The notes beneath the pieces are model-generated. The model was not told the DNA's origin. It did no database searches and saw only the letters and a list, made by a program, of their open reading frames with translations. A program made the translations under genes and the position numbers. From the NCBI RefSeq assembly GCF_006345805.1, contig NC_043013.1, positions 29,822,001 through 29,886,000 on the forward strand: DNA of 64,000 bases, given 5' to 3'. Every line of letters starts with the position of its first letter. Positions within the stretch are counted from its first letter, which is position 1. The stretch comes from Octopus sinensis (lineage: Eukaryota). Shown here piece by piece: positions 63,877 through 64,000 of this stretch.

Positions 63877-64000
63877 GCCGAATATAGTTGCCACAGTTCG
63901 GCAAGAAAATAAGTACTTTCTAATCGATGTATCAATACCAACAGATGACAATGTTTCTCTAAAAGAAACGGAGAAACATTCAAAATTCAAAGATTTGCTA
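63877..64000 (+). mobile_element. Start of a second R4/Dong-like endonuclease fragment, cut by window end
   Basis: RPNIVATVRQENKYFLIDVSIPTDDNVSLKETEKHSKFKDL. Confidence 0.75.

Overview
AT-rich eukaryotic DNA made almost entirely of transposon remnants, tRNA-derived SINEs and microsatellites. The repeat repertoire looks like an Octopus/coleoid genome (inference from pattern recognition, not a database hit). I could not identify a host protein-coding gene; most listed ORFs are translations of (TA)n, (CA)n, (ATGT)n or trinucleotide tracts. Supported elements: two Tc1 (DD34E) copies, one with IR/DR-type 223-bp TIRs; three mariner (DD34D) copies plus mariner MITEs; a decayed maT-like transposase; RTE, R4/Dong-like and R2-like non-LTR fragments; a Penelope-like RT/GIY-YIG remnant. 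The most notable signal is RNA-level: four unrelated type I hammerhead ribozyme motif families. These are (1) canonical hammerheads in a near-identical, head-to-head, circularly permuted 474-bp unit at 16601-17602; (2) a hammerhead split between two tandem copies at 27406-28174; (3) a variant inside a palindrome at 30172-30251 and 33171-33217; (4) a minimal dimer-type motif at 51766-51811 with a damaged copy at 44742. A ~716-bp locally templated insertion also knocks out the first catalytic Asp of a mariner transposase. All alignments and folds were done by eye; no activity or expression is shown.
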